Below are positions 1 to 13,269 of a stretch of 64,000 nt of DNA, piece by piece (the stretch's first letter is position 1; every line of letters starts with the position of its first letter). The translations under genes were made by a program, and so were the position numbers. Below the pieces are notes generated by a model. The model searched no databases, was not told where the DNA came from, and was given only the letters and a program-made list of their open reading frames with translations. The DNA comes from the human T2T-CHM13v2.0 reference genome, Homo sapiens, in the NCBI RefSeq assembly GCF_009914755.1, contig NC_060938.1; one strand, written 5' to 3'.

Positions 1-3
1 AAA

Positions 4-87
4 TGTTAGATTGAACTATATGAAACTGCCATTTTGGTAGGTCAGAAACAGTCAAATACTGACGATTGCAGATAGTTTGACCTAATA
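4..87. mobile_element. MADE2-like mariner MITE
   Basis: ~84-bp element with inverted ends TGTTAGATTGAACTATATGAAACTG ... ATAGTTTGACCTAATA resembling the recalled MADE2 consensus. Confidence 0.7.
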
Positions 88-174
88 TTATAGTAGGTAC
101 TTAGTAAATTCTTGCTGACTGAATAACGAAATGAAGGAATAAATGAAGGCTTTATACTTTACATTACCTTAGAT

Positions 175-1150
<976 letters not shown>

Positions 1151-2713
1151 TCCTACTGTTGATTTTTAACTGTTGATCTTGTTTCATCAGCTTATGTCTT
1201 GTCTATCAGACACTTATTTTTTACATTAGGAAGCTTAAATCAATCTTGTTCACACCTGAAGCAGCAGGCTTACATTTTAAAAGTTGATTTAGAAGTTTGA
1301 AGGCCATAAATCATCGGAAGATGTTGACTTGATCCAAAGATGTATATCCATGGACATCTGTTAGATCTGCTCAGATCCCTAGGCTGTGTTAAAGTATTAA
1401 TTCCTTGCAATCGTGGACTTCAGGAATAGAAACTATCCAGGCAGTCTTGTTTTGCATGGTATTATTTCAAATAGAAAATGTAAAGAGGCTGTTTTTCTAT
1501 ATTTTGCTTGGGGATCCCAAATACAACTCTGTATGTAGATATAGAAGCTTTCGTAGAAGAACGTGATGTAAGATTTCTTTGGTCACTGAAAAAATGTCAA
1601 CTTTAATTGCTATTGTAAAAGGCTGGCTTTATATCAGTTAAAAAGATTATTAACAATCAATTATAAAGTGGGTGCTATAGGAGTTCAGAGAAGGAAGTAT
1701 CGTAATGGGCTGAAGGAGCTGGGGAAGGCTGCCTGAAGGTGGTGAGACTTTAGGTAGGCCTTGGAGAGTGGGCTTAGATAAACAGAAGTGGGGAAGGCAT
1801 TTCTAATAGGGGTAGTGGTATGAAGACAGCCTAGAAGCAAGAATGCAAAAGCTGCTTACAGCTCCATCTTTGAGTTATGTAGGCTGGGTCCCAGGAGTGA
1901 ATGATGTCTATTTCTCATGAAATTATTCCCGGAAAACCAAAATGTTTTTAGGCTTTCAATAAAGTGAATCATAAAACTGATCTGCTTCGGTAATTATTCA
2001 AATCCTTTGTTTTTCATGCCTATAAAAGTGGATTTTAATATGTACCAGTTTCTGATGTGAATGAGAATATAAAGTCCCAATTTTCAGTTTCCTAATCATT
2101 CTGAATTTTTTCCTTTTAGCATCACTTGGTGGGAATATGTTTTTCATGACAACTTCGCATATTCCTTAAGTGCTTTTTTTTTTTAGCTGACCTTACTGTT
2201 TACTCTCTCTTTTATCTTTCCATGGGTTGGAAATGAAAAGATTTCTCTGTTAGAGACTTGGCTTTCTACAGATAGTACAGTTAGGGCCTGGGCTCTTCTC
2301 AGCTGTGTATCTGTTGATTGTGCTCCCCTTGTCAGGCATTTTAAAATTGGAGCAGCAATCCATTGTTTATAAATGCTAAGGCATAGTGGTGCCAGCTGGT
2401 AGCTAGTGCTAGATTGACAGAGAACTTTGGATAGTTTCCAGAGTTCCTGTCTGAGACTTTGTAGTTTAGGCTGCCTGTTTTTTTCTGTACTTGCTGATTT
2501 AGAAATATAGTGGAAAAATTAAGGTTGGAAGAGATCATAGGAATCACCTGGCTTCATGCCCACATTTTACAGGTGTTAAAGATGAAGAAGCAAGCAAGCC
2601 ACAAAAAAATCCTTCCTGCTAAAAAAGGTACCCTATCAGCACCGTTTCTCACAAGTGGGTACTGTCACCAAGTCAAAGAACAAGAACAATAAGCATCCAC
2701 ATGCCATTTCTAG

Positions 2714-3163
<450 letters not shown>

Positions 3164-3409
3164 CGAGTGTGGATCTTTTTAAAGTTGGATTGGGAGGGGC
3201 TGACTTGGCCCTGAGATTTGTGGTATGACCTTTGTTAAGGGATGTGGTTATGTGAGTTTTTAAGAGTCGAGTGAATCTTGGCCAAGTGGATTGTATTGCA
3301 TTTAAGGAATTATCAGTTTAAGTTCCCAAATAATTGAATTCAAGGTATCCAATATATACAACTTTGCTGAAATGCGATTAGGGAGGCAAACAGTAGAAAG
3401 AATACAGAT

Positions 3410-3580
3410 GTTAGGTTCAAATACCTCATCCCTTACTTAACCAGCTATATGACCTTAGGCAGGTTACTTAACCTTTCTGAGACAGTTTTCCTGCAGTTCA
3501 TAGTATGGGCAGGGGGATTAAGTGAGATATGAGAGCTCTTAGTTTAAATCCTGGCACATAGTAGGGACTCAGTTCATTTA
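3410..3580 (+). mobile_element. MIR
   Basis: MIR core AGCTATATGACCTTAGGCAGGTTACTTAACCTTTCTGAG. Confidence 0.75.
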
Positions 3581-3909
3581 ATTTTATTTCTCTTCCTACC
3601 TCCCTGCCCTAATGAGGGTGAAGGTTTTTCTGATCTGTGAGTAAATATTCATCAGCCTAAAATTAAGCTGAGATTTCCTGAGGATAGGGAAAGAGAATAA
3701 AGTCAGAGGTCTTTTTCTCCCCTGTGGTTTTATACTGGAGGAAAATATATATTGTTCCATTTAGCATGGGCTTCCTTTAAAATATGTGATTTTAATTGGG
3801 ATACTTGTATTAATTTAGAGTTCCTAGTTCAGAGTCTTAGGATGCATCATCAAATTGGCTTGAAAATGGACTATAGCGTGTAAAAGGAGTATGTAAATTA
3901 TTGTGAACT

Positions 3910-4450
3910 CATCAGTTAGGATTCTTTATGTGTGCAAAGGATTACAACATAATCCAAATGGTCCTAAGTAATAAAGAGAATACTTTCACTCATATTCAGG
4001 CATATCTTGATTCTGAAAATCCCACTTTATCTCTTCAGTCAACCTCCTGCTGACTTTCTCCTTCACCAACAGCTACAGGCTCTTCTTTCAAGGTCACAAA
4101 ATGGTTGTTGCCCTTCCAGACTTCTCATTCTCATCCTATACCATCAAGAGGAAGACAGGCTATCATCTGTAGCCATTATAGAAGAGAAAGAAACCATTGC
4201 TTTCTCACAGAGTCCAGAACATGTCTCCTTAAACTTATGGGCTCCAATTGGTTTATGTGCCTATCTCTGAACCACTAATTATACTGGATGATGAAGTATC
4301 TTGATTGGCTGAAACCAATCAAGGCCCATCCCTGAACCAGGGATAGAGTTAATTTTAAACACACAGCTAAGAATGGGAGATGTGATTTCCCACAGGATAT
4401 TTGGGATTTGTATTCCAGAAGGAAGGGGAAACTTGCTAAGCAACAAACCA
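3910..4450 (-). mobile_element. Old MaLR LTR (MLT1J/K-like)
   Basis: CAGTTAGGATTCTTT end and GGTCACAAAATGG / TTGATTGGC...CCAATCA blocks typical of old MLT1. Confidence 0.55.
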
Positions 4451-4520
4451 TAGTAATCTGCATCAGCAGTTAGTTCAGGTTTTGAGCTGTAAATTAATGA
4501 AGGCTTTTTTGTCGTTATAG

Positions 4521-4627
4521 GGATCATCCATGCATCATGTGGACTGGAGGCTGCAGGAGAATTCCAGTTTTGGTATTCCATGCCGACGCTATTCTTACAA
4601 AGGACAACAATATTAGAGTAATTGGAG
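4521..4627 (+). CDS. TTLL5: TTLL5 coding exon (probably exon 3), 107 nt
   Basis: gttatAG|G ... GGAG|GTgcgt; encodes (E)[35 protein letters not shown](E), matching the recalled TTLL5 N-terminus; phase joins the next exon. Confidence 0.96.
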
Positions 4628-5317
4628 GTGCGTATAACCTCTCCCACAGAGGACGGAGCTGGGCATGGCCCAGACGTCCTTGTCTTAAAGAAGTTGATAT
4701 GACATATATATAGGGAAAGGGCCTTGGCCATGAGAAAAATCAATTGAGTTGTTATACTTCAAACATTATAATTTCTTAAATTGTTTTCTGCTTATGTTTT
4801 TCCTCTGATTTTTTTTCAAGAATATTGTGTACATGTGTTTTTTTTTTAATTGTGGTAAAATACACCTAACAAAATTTACCATTTTAACCATTTTAGAGTG
4901 TACAAGTCGTTGTTGTTTAGTACATTCACAATGTTGTGCAGCCGTCACCACTGTTTAGTTCCAGAACATTTTCATCATCTCCAAAGTACAGCCAATACCC
5001 ATTAAGCAGATATCCCCAGCCCCCATACCACCAGTCCCTGGCAACCACTCATCTATTTTCTGTTTTTATAGATTCCCATATTCTGGATGTTTTATATAAA
5101 TGGAGTCATGTGATATGTGACCTTTTTTGGCAGGCTTCTTTTCACTTAGCATAATGTTTTTGAGGTTCATCCATGTTGGAGTATATATCAGTCCTTTATT
5201 CCTTTTTATAGCTGAATAACATTCCATTGTATATGCTAATGAATGCATTCCAATGATACACCACATTTTGTTTATCCAGTCATCAGTTGATGTACATTTT
5301 TTTTGTTTCCACCTTTT

Positions 5318-5448
5318 TTTTTAATTTTGTTTTTAAAATTTATTTATTTTTTAGATACAGGATCTCACTGTGTTGCCTATGTTGGTCTCAAACTCCTGGC
5401 CTTAAGCAATCCTGCCTTGGTTACATGCATAATCCACTGTGTCTGGCC
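5318..5448 (-). mobile_element. FLAM/Alu monomer with an internal deletion
   Basis: Left-arm Alu sequence; TSD TTTCCACCTTTT on both sides. Confidence 0.8.
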
Positions 5449-7341
5449 TTTTTCCACCTTTTGTCTGTTGTGAATTGTGCTGCTATGAATGTTCACGGAA
5501 AAGTCGTTTGGACACTTAATCTTCAGTTCTTTGGGGTATACCTAGGAATGGAATTGCTAGGCCATATGGTAATTCTGTGTTTAACTTATTCCGTGTCAAA
5601 CTGTTTTCCATAGCAGCTGTACCGTTTTACATTCCCGTCAACAACGTATAGGGGTTCCAGTTTCTCCACATCCTCACTAACATTTGATATTTTCTGTTTC
5701 TTAGATCATAGCCATACCAGTGAATGTGATGTGGTATCTGGCTGTGGTTTTGATTTGCATTTCCCTAATGAGTAATTTGAATATCTTTTTATGTACTTTT
5801 TGGCCATTTGTGTATTTTCTTTGGAGAAAGGCCTATTCAAGTCCTTTGTACATTTTAAAAATTGGGTTTTCTTTATTGTTGTTGAATTATAAGAGTTTTA
5901 TATGTTATGGATATTAGACAAGATATATGATTTACAAATATTCTTACTCTGTGAATTGTCTTTCATTTTCTTGTTAGTGTTCTTTCATGAGCAAAAGTTT
6001 TTTGTTTTGATGACATCCAGTTTATCTAATTTTTCTTTTGTTGCTTATATTCTTTGTGTCATATCTAAGAAACCATTGCCTAACCCAAGGTCATGATCCC
6101 TGTGCTTTTTTCTAAGAGTTTTATGGTTTAAGCTCTTATATTTAGGGCTCAATAGTCTTTGATCCATTTTGAGTTAAATTTTTCATGTAGGGTTATGTAA
6201 GGGTTCACCTTCATTCTTTTGCATTTGGATATCCAGTTGTCTCAGCAAAATTAGTTGAAGAGACTATTCTTTTCCCCACTGGATGGTCTTGGCACTATTG
6301 TTGAAAATCAGTAGACCATAGGTGTATGGGTTTACTTATGGACTTTTAATATTTCATTGAACTATACATTTATCCTTATGGTAGTAACATACTCTTGATT
6401 ACCGTACCTTTGTATTAAGTTTTGAAATTGCGGATTGTAAGTCCTCTAATATAGTTCTTTTTCAAGATCTCTGGCCATTCAGGGTCCCTTGCAATTCCAT
6501 ATGAATGTTAGGATCAGCTTTTCCCCTTTCTTCAAAAATGGCTGTTGGGATGTTGATAGGGAGTGCATTGAATCTATAAATCACTTCTTAGAGTGTTGCC
6601 ATCTTAATGATGTTTTCTATGAACATGGAATGTCTTTCCAATTTTTTGGGCTTCTTTAATTTCTTTCATCATGGTTTTATAGTTTTCTGTGTACAAGTCT
6701 TGTACCCCCTTGGTTAAATTTATTCCTAAATATTTTATTCTTTTTGATGTTATTGTAAATAGAATTGTTTTCTCAATTTCATTTTTGGGTTATTCACTGC
6801 TAGTGTATAGAAATACACCTGAGTTCTGTATATTGATCTTGTATCCTGAAACCTTGCTGCACTCATTTATTAGCTCTAATAGTTTTTGTGTTTAGGTTTG
6901 TCTGCATGTAATATGTTATCTGCAAATAGAGAGAATTTTAGTTCTTTCTCTCCAACGTGGATGCCTTTTATTTCTTTTTCTTCCCTAATTGTTCTGGCTA
7001 GAATTTCTAGTACAATGCTGAATAGAAAGAGGGTGTCTTTGTCTTGTTTTTGATCATAGGAAGAAAGCTTTCTGTTTTCTGTCATTGCGTATGATACTAG
7101 CTGTGGGTTTTCATAAATGTCCTTTGTCATGTTGAGAAAGTTTGCTTCTATTCCTAGTTTGTTGTGTGTTTTTATCATGAAAAGGTGTTAGTCAAATGCT
7201 TTTTCCACATCAACTGAAATGATATTTCCCCCTTCAGCCTGTTAACGTGGTACATTACATTGACTGACTTTTTGTGTCTTGAACCTCCCTTATATTCCTG
7301 AGATAAATCCCACTTTGTCAGAGTGTAATTGCTAGTATTTT

Positions 7342-7647
7342 ATTTTATTTTGTTTTATTTTATTTTTTTGCGACGGAGTCTCGCTCTGTCACCCAGGCTG
7401 GAGTGCAGTGGCACAATCTCAGCTCACTGAAACCTCCTCCTCCTGAGTTCAAGCAATTCTCTGCCTCAGCCTCCCGAGTAGCTGGGATTATAGGCGTCCA
7501 CCACCATGCCCGGCTAATTTTTGTATTTTTAGTAAAGATGGGGTTTCACCATGTTGGCAGGCTGGTTTTGAACTCCTGACCTCATGATCCACCCGCCTCG
7601 GCCTCCCAAAGTGCTGGGATTATAGGCATGAGCCACCACGCCCGGCC
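7342..7647 (-). mobile_element. AluS
   Basis: Antisense dimer; 16-bp TSD TAATTGCTAGTATTTT at 7326 and 7648. Confidence 0.93.
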
Positions 7648-8040
7648 TAATTGCTAGTATTTTGTTGAACATTTTTTGTCTGTATTTATAAGGGATATTG
7701 ATTTATAGTTTTCTTCTGATGCCTTTGTCTGGCTTTGGTATCAGGGTAATGCTGGCCTCATAGAATGGGTTCCCTTCAACCTCTGCTTGCTGTAGGTCTA
7801 TTCATATTTTCTATTTCTTCTTGAGTCAGTTTTGGTAGTTTATGTGTTTCTAGGTATTTGTCCATTTTATTTAGCTTATCTAACTTGTTTGCATACAACT
7901 GTTCATAGTATTCTTTTACAATCCTTTTCATTTCTGTAAGGTCTGTAATAATGTCCCCACTTTCACTTCTGATTTTAGTTATTTCAGTCTTTTCTCTTTT
8001 TTCCTTAGTTTAGCTAGAGGTTTGTCAATTTCGTTGATCA

Positions 8041-8352
8041 TTTTTATTTTATTCTTTTTGAGTGACAAAGTCTCACTCTGTCACCCATGCTGGAGTGCAG
8101 TGGTGTAATCCTAGCTCACTGCAGCCTCAGACTTCTGGGCTCAAGTGATCCTCCTGCCCCAGCCTCCTGAGTAGCTTGGTCTGTGGGTGTACACCACCAT
8201 GGCTAGCTAATTAAAAAAAAAAAAGCTTTTTGTAGAGATGGGGGGGTCTCACTATGTTTCCCAGGCTGGTCTTGAACTCCTGGCCTCAAGCAGTCCTCCC
8301 AGCTCAGTCTCCTAAAGTGTTGGGATTATAGGAATGAGAATTTGCACCTGGC
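8041..8352 (-). mobile_element. AluJ
   Basis: Diverged dimer with AluJ GGGCTCAAGTGATCCTCC; imperfect TSD TTcGTTGATcATTTT. Confidence 0.9.
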
Positions 8353-8534
8353 TTTGTTGATAATTTTAAAGACCCAATTTTAAAATTCCAACTTTTGCTT
8401 TCTCTTGTTTTCTGCATTGTTTGTATTTTATCAATTTCACTTATCTCTGCTCCTCTTGGATTTTAAGCAGTGCTCTGAGCCCTGGTGTTAGTCTGTAGCC
8501 ATCTTCAAAGGTTATAACACTGTGGATCAGGACT

Positions 8535-8790
8535 GTCTTGTGGTATGGTGGAAAGAGTGTACACTTGGGTTCTCAGCCATTGGTTCAAATCCCAGCTTTG
8601 GTATTTCTTAGCTGTGAGTCTTGGGCAAGTGACTTAGACTCTTTTAACCGGTTTCATTATTAGTAAAATCTTAACCAGTTTCATTATTAGTAAAATCATT
8701 AGTAAAATGGAGAGAATATGATATTGTGAGGATTACATGAGCTCATTTAATGTCCGACACATAGTAGGCGCTCAAAACTTGTGCTGCTTA
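8535..8790 (+). mobile_element. MIR with an internal tandem duplication
   Basis: GGTTCAAATCCCAGC ... GCTGTGAGTCTTGGGCAAGTGACTTA ... CACATAGTAGGCGCTCA. Confidence 0.8.
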
Positions 8791-9859
8791 TTTTACTGAT
8801 TGAATAAGATCTACTCTACTTGTAAATGACTTTTGTCTTGTCCCTTAATAAGTCAGGAGTTCAGAGGACTGTTAGCATTGCTTCTGGGATTTGAATCCTC
8901 CTTCCTCCCCAAGGATCCTTGTGTTCTAGTCGCCTCAGCAAGTTGCCAAGTTACCATTTAAAGGGAAGTGGTTCATTCATGTTCTCTGAAGCCTGAGTAA
9001 CTGAAGACCCCTTGCTGAGAAACTCCCTCTAAATATGATTTGAGCCAAAATGTTAAAGGTGGATAAAAACAAATATTCCCCCCAAACATACTTCTTTTGG
9101 TCTGCTTGTCACATAAAGTAATCGATGTATTCTATGGCAATAGGCGGACCCTTCTTTTTTAGAATACCTAACATTTATTGGAAAATAATATCCATCAATG
9201 TCATCTATTTAAGCAATTACTATTTTTTTAGGATCCATAAGTCTTTTTCTTTACACATTCCTGTGATTAAAGAAAAAGCCACCAAACTTTTCTCAAATTC
9301 TGTGTTTTTGAGTTTTCTGTATCTTTCCCAGTTCCTTGTGGCTTAATAATTTTCTTCACCTTCCTTAATGAAAAGAACAATTTGAATGACTTTTGGTAGT
9401 TGCTGCCTCAGTTTTCTGTATTGTTAAATACTCTCAATCTGCAACTTTTCTTTTTGGCTCTCTTAAATAGCTGACACAGATCTGTTCAGATCATAAGCCT
9501 GTGGTTAAATCCCCCTGAGAAGTGTATCTGGGGCAATAGTTACCTTCTGTTGATCTCATCGTGTTAGATGCCAACTTGGTTTTTTCTCTTTATGACATGT
9601 TTCATTGAATTCACTATTAATATTTTTGGTACAATATGATTTCTCGTGTTTTATTTGTGAAATATTCCAGGAATGTGGCTTTTCTTCATTATAACCTTGT
9701 TTTTTTCCCAAATTGTATGTACTTTAAATGTGTAAATGGGATTGTATTTTAGAGACAACATAGGTATTTTCAGCTTAAAGTAAACTTCTAGAATGAAGCA
9801 TTTTTCTGTAATTTGTCCCTGAATGTGTTTATTTAGTAAGTTTGTATTTGTATATACTA

Positions 9860-10310
9860 GCAATAGATGTATGATGCAAGCTATATATGTGATTTGAAAT
9901 TTTCTAGTAGGAAATTATTTTTAAAAGTAAAAGGAAACAGGTAGGTGAAATTAATTTTAATAATATATTTTATTTAACCCAATATATTCCAGAATATTAT
10001 CATTTCCACATTTACTCAATATAAAAAAACCATTAATATTTTATATCTAGTATATATTTTAACATAACAGAGCATCTCAATTTGCAAAATTTTCATTGGA
10101 AATATTCGGTCTATATTTAGATTTTATAACTTTTATAGTTGAAAAAGTAAATTCATATACTCAATTGTTTCTTCCCCTCCCCACAGGCAAATTGTTTAAA
10201 ATAGGATTTCCAGTAACTGAATCAAGTATTCATTCTTAAATTTAAATTAACTAAAGTTAAATAAGGACATTTCAAGTGCTTATTAGTCACACACATTCGA
10301 CAGCACAAAT
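9860..10310. mobile_element. hAT-Charlie fossil (MER33/Charlie1-like)
   Basis: AT-rich GTGAAATTAATTTTAATAATATATTTTATTTAACCCAATATAT and ACATTTCAAGTGCT blocks. Confidence 0.65.
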
Positions 10311-10799
10311 ATCCTAATCCTAATTCTAGGTAACCTAATTTTCTGATACTAGGGCACAGCTACACTATGTTGCCATTAAAGGAGTTATTTTTGTGTTCTA
10401 CAAGTCAAAAATGTCAGCTTTATCTTTATCCTATTTCCCATGCTATTTTTGTTTAAACCCTTTAAGGCGTTTCATTGCTCTCTAGGTACTTCTCTGTGTT
10501 GACAGTTAGATTATTGGTTTGTTTTCATTTGCTCTGCTGTGGTCTGTCCTGGAACTTGCTAGGGGTCCTAGCACTTCAAGTTGCCTCTAGGGGCACATGT
10601 GAGTGGTTGGAGAAGAGGAAATTCTGTGGTCTCTTCTATGGTGGAATTGATGTGATGCATGTTAAGAGGCTTAGAAATAGGATATTTGGCAGTTTGCTAG
10701 TAGTCAAGGAGGACCATGCTCTGCCTCATGTTTTTATACAGAAGAAAACATGGGATGAGGTGGTTCTTTCTTAGGCAGTTGGGCAGCTTCAGTTTACAG

Positions 10800-11567
10800 T
10801 TGCAATCTTCCATTTGACTCTTGTCATGGGAGAGAAAGCCTAGGCATATTAGTCAGAGTTCTTGTTACGGGAGAGAAAGCCCAGGTACATATTAGTCAGG
10901 GTGTTCCAGAGAAATAGAACCAATAGGATACAAGGAGACAGGGAGGGGGAAGGGAGAAATGAATGTTGTTATAAGGTTATTGGTTTATGTAATTATGTAA
11001 GCTAAAAAGTCCCATTATCTACCATTTGCAAGTTGGAGACCCTGGGAAGTTGGTGGTCCAGTTTGAAAGCCTGTGAGCCAGAGAGCCAGTGGTATAGATT
11101 CCACTCTGAGTCTGAATTCCTGAGAACCAGGAGTGTCGAGGGCAGAGAAGGTCTGTGTCCCATCTCAACCAGTCAGGCAGAGAGAGAGCAAAACCAATCA
11201 CCCTTTTGTTCTATTCTTGCCCTCAATGGATTAAATGATTCCCACCCACATTTGGGAGGGTAATCTGCTTTATTCATTCCCTATATTTAAATGCTCATCT
11301 CTTCTGGAGACATCCTCACAGACACCTATAAATGACATTTAACCAGGTATCTGGGCATCCTGTGGCCCAGTCAAGTTGACACATAAAAATAACCATCATT
11401 ACCAGGTTTCTTAAGAGAAGCCTAGAAATCTATATTTTTATATGAATTTTTCCAATTTTCAATGGCTTAGCAACTAATTTAGTTTTATTTTGAAGCATCG
11501 TGAGTGACAGACCACATCTGCAGGCTAGGTCTGGTTCTTGGGTCACTAATTTGTAACCTCTAGTCTA
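10800..11567 (-). mobile_element. MER102-like hAT element interrupted by an MLT2 LTR
   Basis: Flanks 10800-10885 and 11401-11567 align with the uninterrupted copy at 15335-15667. Confidence 0.6.
10889..11399 (-). mobile_element. MLT2 (ERVL) solo LTR
   Basis: TATTAGTCAGGGTGTTCCAGAGAAATAGAACCAATAGG ... CAGTCAAGTTGACACATAAAAATAACCATCA, reverse complement of the MLT2 ends. Confidence 0.85.
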
Positions 11568-11873
11568 AAATATACTACCCACCAGCCTTATTGCACACAG
11601 AGGGCTACCGGACACAGAGTATATATGAACTAAAAATCTCCAGCAGTGATGTTTGCATTCTGTCATTCCACCCTTCTTTTTTTGCACTACTCTTTTGGAA
11701 CATGTTCAGTGTATCTGAGTTGGGTTATAGTTAGGTGATATGGATTAGAAGTGGCTCGTCACTGCTTACTATTTATGTATTGTAAGAATCAGATTTGCCA
11801 CTGAGTGTGGTGGCAGTTGTATTTTTCTTTTATATTAGGAGGAGTAGGAGAAATAATATTGATAGCATTTTAC

Positions 11874-12176
11874 TTTTTTTTTTCTTTTTTTCTGAAACAG
11901 GGTCTTGCTCTGTCACCCACGCTGAAGTGCAGTGGCATGATTACAACTCACTACTACAGCCTTGACCTCCTGGGCTCAAGCAACTCTCTTGCCTCAGCCT
12001 CCTGAGTAGCTTGGACTAGAGACATGTACCACCATGTCTGGCTAATTTTTAAATTTTTGTAGAGACAGGGTCTCCTATGTTGCTCAGGCTGGACTCAAAT
12101 TTCTGGCCTCAAGCAGCCCTCCCATCTCGGCCTTCCAAAGTGCTGGGATTACAGGCATGAGCCACCACACCTGGCC
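11874..12176 (-). mobile_element. AluJ
   Basis: Antisense dimer; TSD-like CATTTTA(C/A)TTTT. Confidence 0.9.
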
Positions 12177-12289
12177 CATTTTAATTTTTTAATTTGCTAT
12201 ATAAAATGTATAATTATGTACAGTGCATATACTAATGACTTTTATTATTTTTTTACTATATAAAAATAATTTATACTGTGTAGAATAAT

Positions 12290-12475
12290 TGTTTCATAGC
12301 TTTACATGTATTAACTGATTTAGTGCTTACAGCTACTCTATGCAGTAACTACTGTTATTATCAACTCCATTTTACAGGTGAGGAAATTGATCATAGAGAA
12401 ATTAAACAATTTATTGAAGGCTACAGGGAGGAAGTGGTAGAATCAGGGTTTGAACCCTAGTTTGATTCTAGAGAT
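12290..12475 (-). mobile_element. MIR
   Basis: CCATTTTACAGGTGAGGAAATTGA, antisense MIR core. Confidence 0.75.
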
Positions 12476-12496
12476 TCTCTTTCTCTCTCTCTCTCT

Positions 12497-13036
12497 TTTT
12501 TTTTTTTTTTTTTTTTTTGAGACAGGGTCTCACCCTGTCACTCAGGCTGGAGTGCAGTGGCCTGATCATGACTCACTGCAGCCTTAGCCTTTCAAGGCTC
12601 AGGTGATCCTCCTGCCTCAGCCTCCCAGGTAGCTGGGACTACAGGCGCACAGCACCATGCCTGGCTAAATTTTGTATTTTTAGTAGAGATGGGGTTTCAC
12701 CATGTTTCCCAGGCTGGTTTCTCTCTCTCTCTTTTTTTAAGAGACAGGGTCTTGCTCTGCCACCTGGGCTGGAGTGCAATGGTGTGATCATAGCTCACTG
12801 TAACTTTGAACTCTTGGGCTCAAGCAGTCCTCTTACCTCAGCCTCCTGAGTAGCTAAGACTACAGGCGCCCACCCGTACACTTGGCTAATTAAAAAAAAA
12901 AATTTTTTTTTTTTTTGTTAGTGACGAGGTCTCGCTATGTTGCCCTGGCCGATCTTGAACTGCTGGTCTCAAGCAGCCCTCCAGCTCCAGCCTCCCATCG
13001 TACTGGGATTACAGGCATGAGCCACCATGCCCAGAC
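12497..13036 (-). mobile_element. Tandem AluJ pair: a 5'-truncated copy (12497-12719) inserted at the tail of a full copy (12732-13036)
   Basis: (CT)n-T tracts at both 12481 and 12719 flank the truncated copy. Confidence 0.85.
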
Positions 13037-13269
13037 TTGTTATTATTCCCCCTTGTCTCTTATTCCCCATGTAACTGTTCTCTATTTTCTCACACACCTT
13101 ACTGATCACCTCCCCTGTGGCTGGGCAGTGAGGGGCAAGCACTGCAGAACATGCACAGAATTGGGTTCAGTCCTTATTTCTAGCAGTCACTGTGTAGCTG
13201 ATGATGCTTTGACTTTTCATGTGCAAAAATGTTAGTGATCATGGTTATCATAATGAAAGGACCAGATAT

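Larger units (their letters stand above)
4838..8450 (-). mobile_element. L1M (L1MB-like) 3' portion, antisense, interrupted by Alus
   Basis: TTTAATTGTGGTAAAATACAC 3' end; minus-strand ORF2-like remnants (ORF 6876..7178 LFSIVLEILARTIREEKEIKGI; ORF 5066..5266 YTMECYSAIKRN). Confidence 0.9.

Noticed and set aside
4279-4743. 154-aa antisense ORF across exon 3
   Set aside because: Non-ATG start, partly within an MLT LTR, no recognisable domain; a shadow of the coding exon.
4838-8450. L1 ORF2 remnants as active or domesticated genes (also 22230-25110 and 62255-62810)
   Set aside because: Fragmented by stops, frameshifts and nested insertions.
10583-10597. CCTCTAGGGGCAC CTCF-like motif
   Set aside because: One G short of the core spacing.
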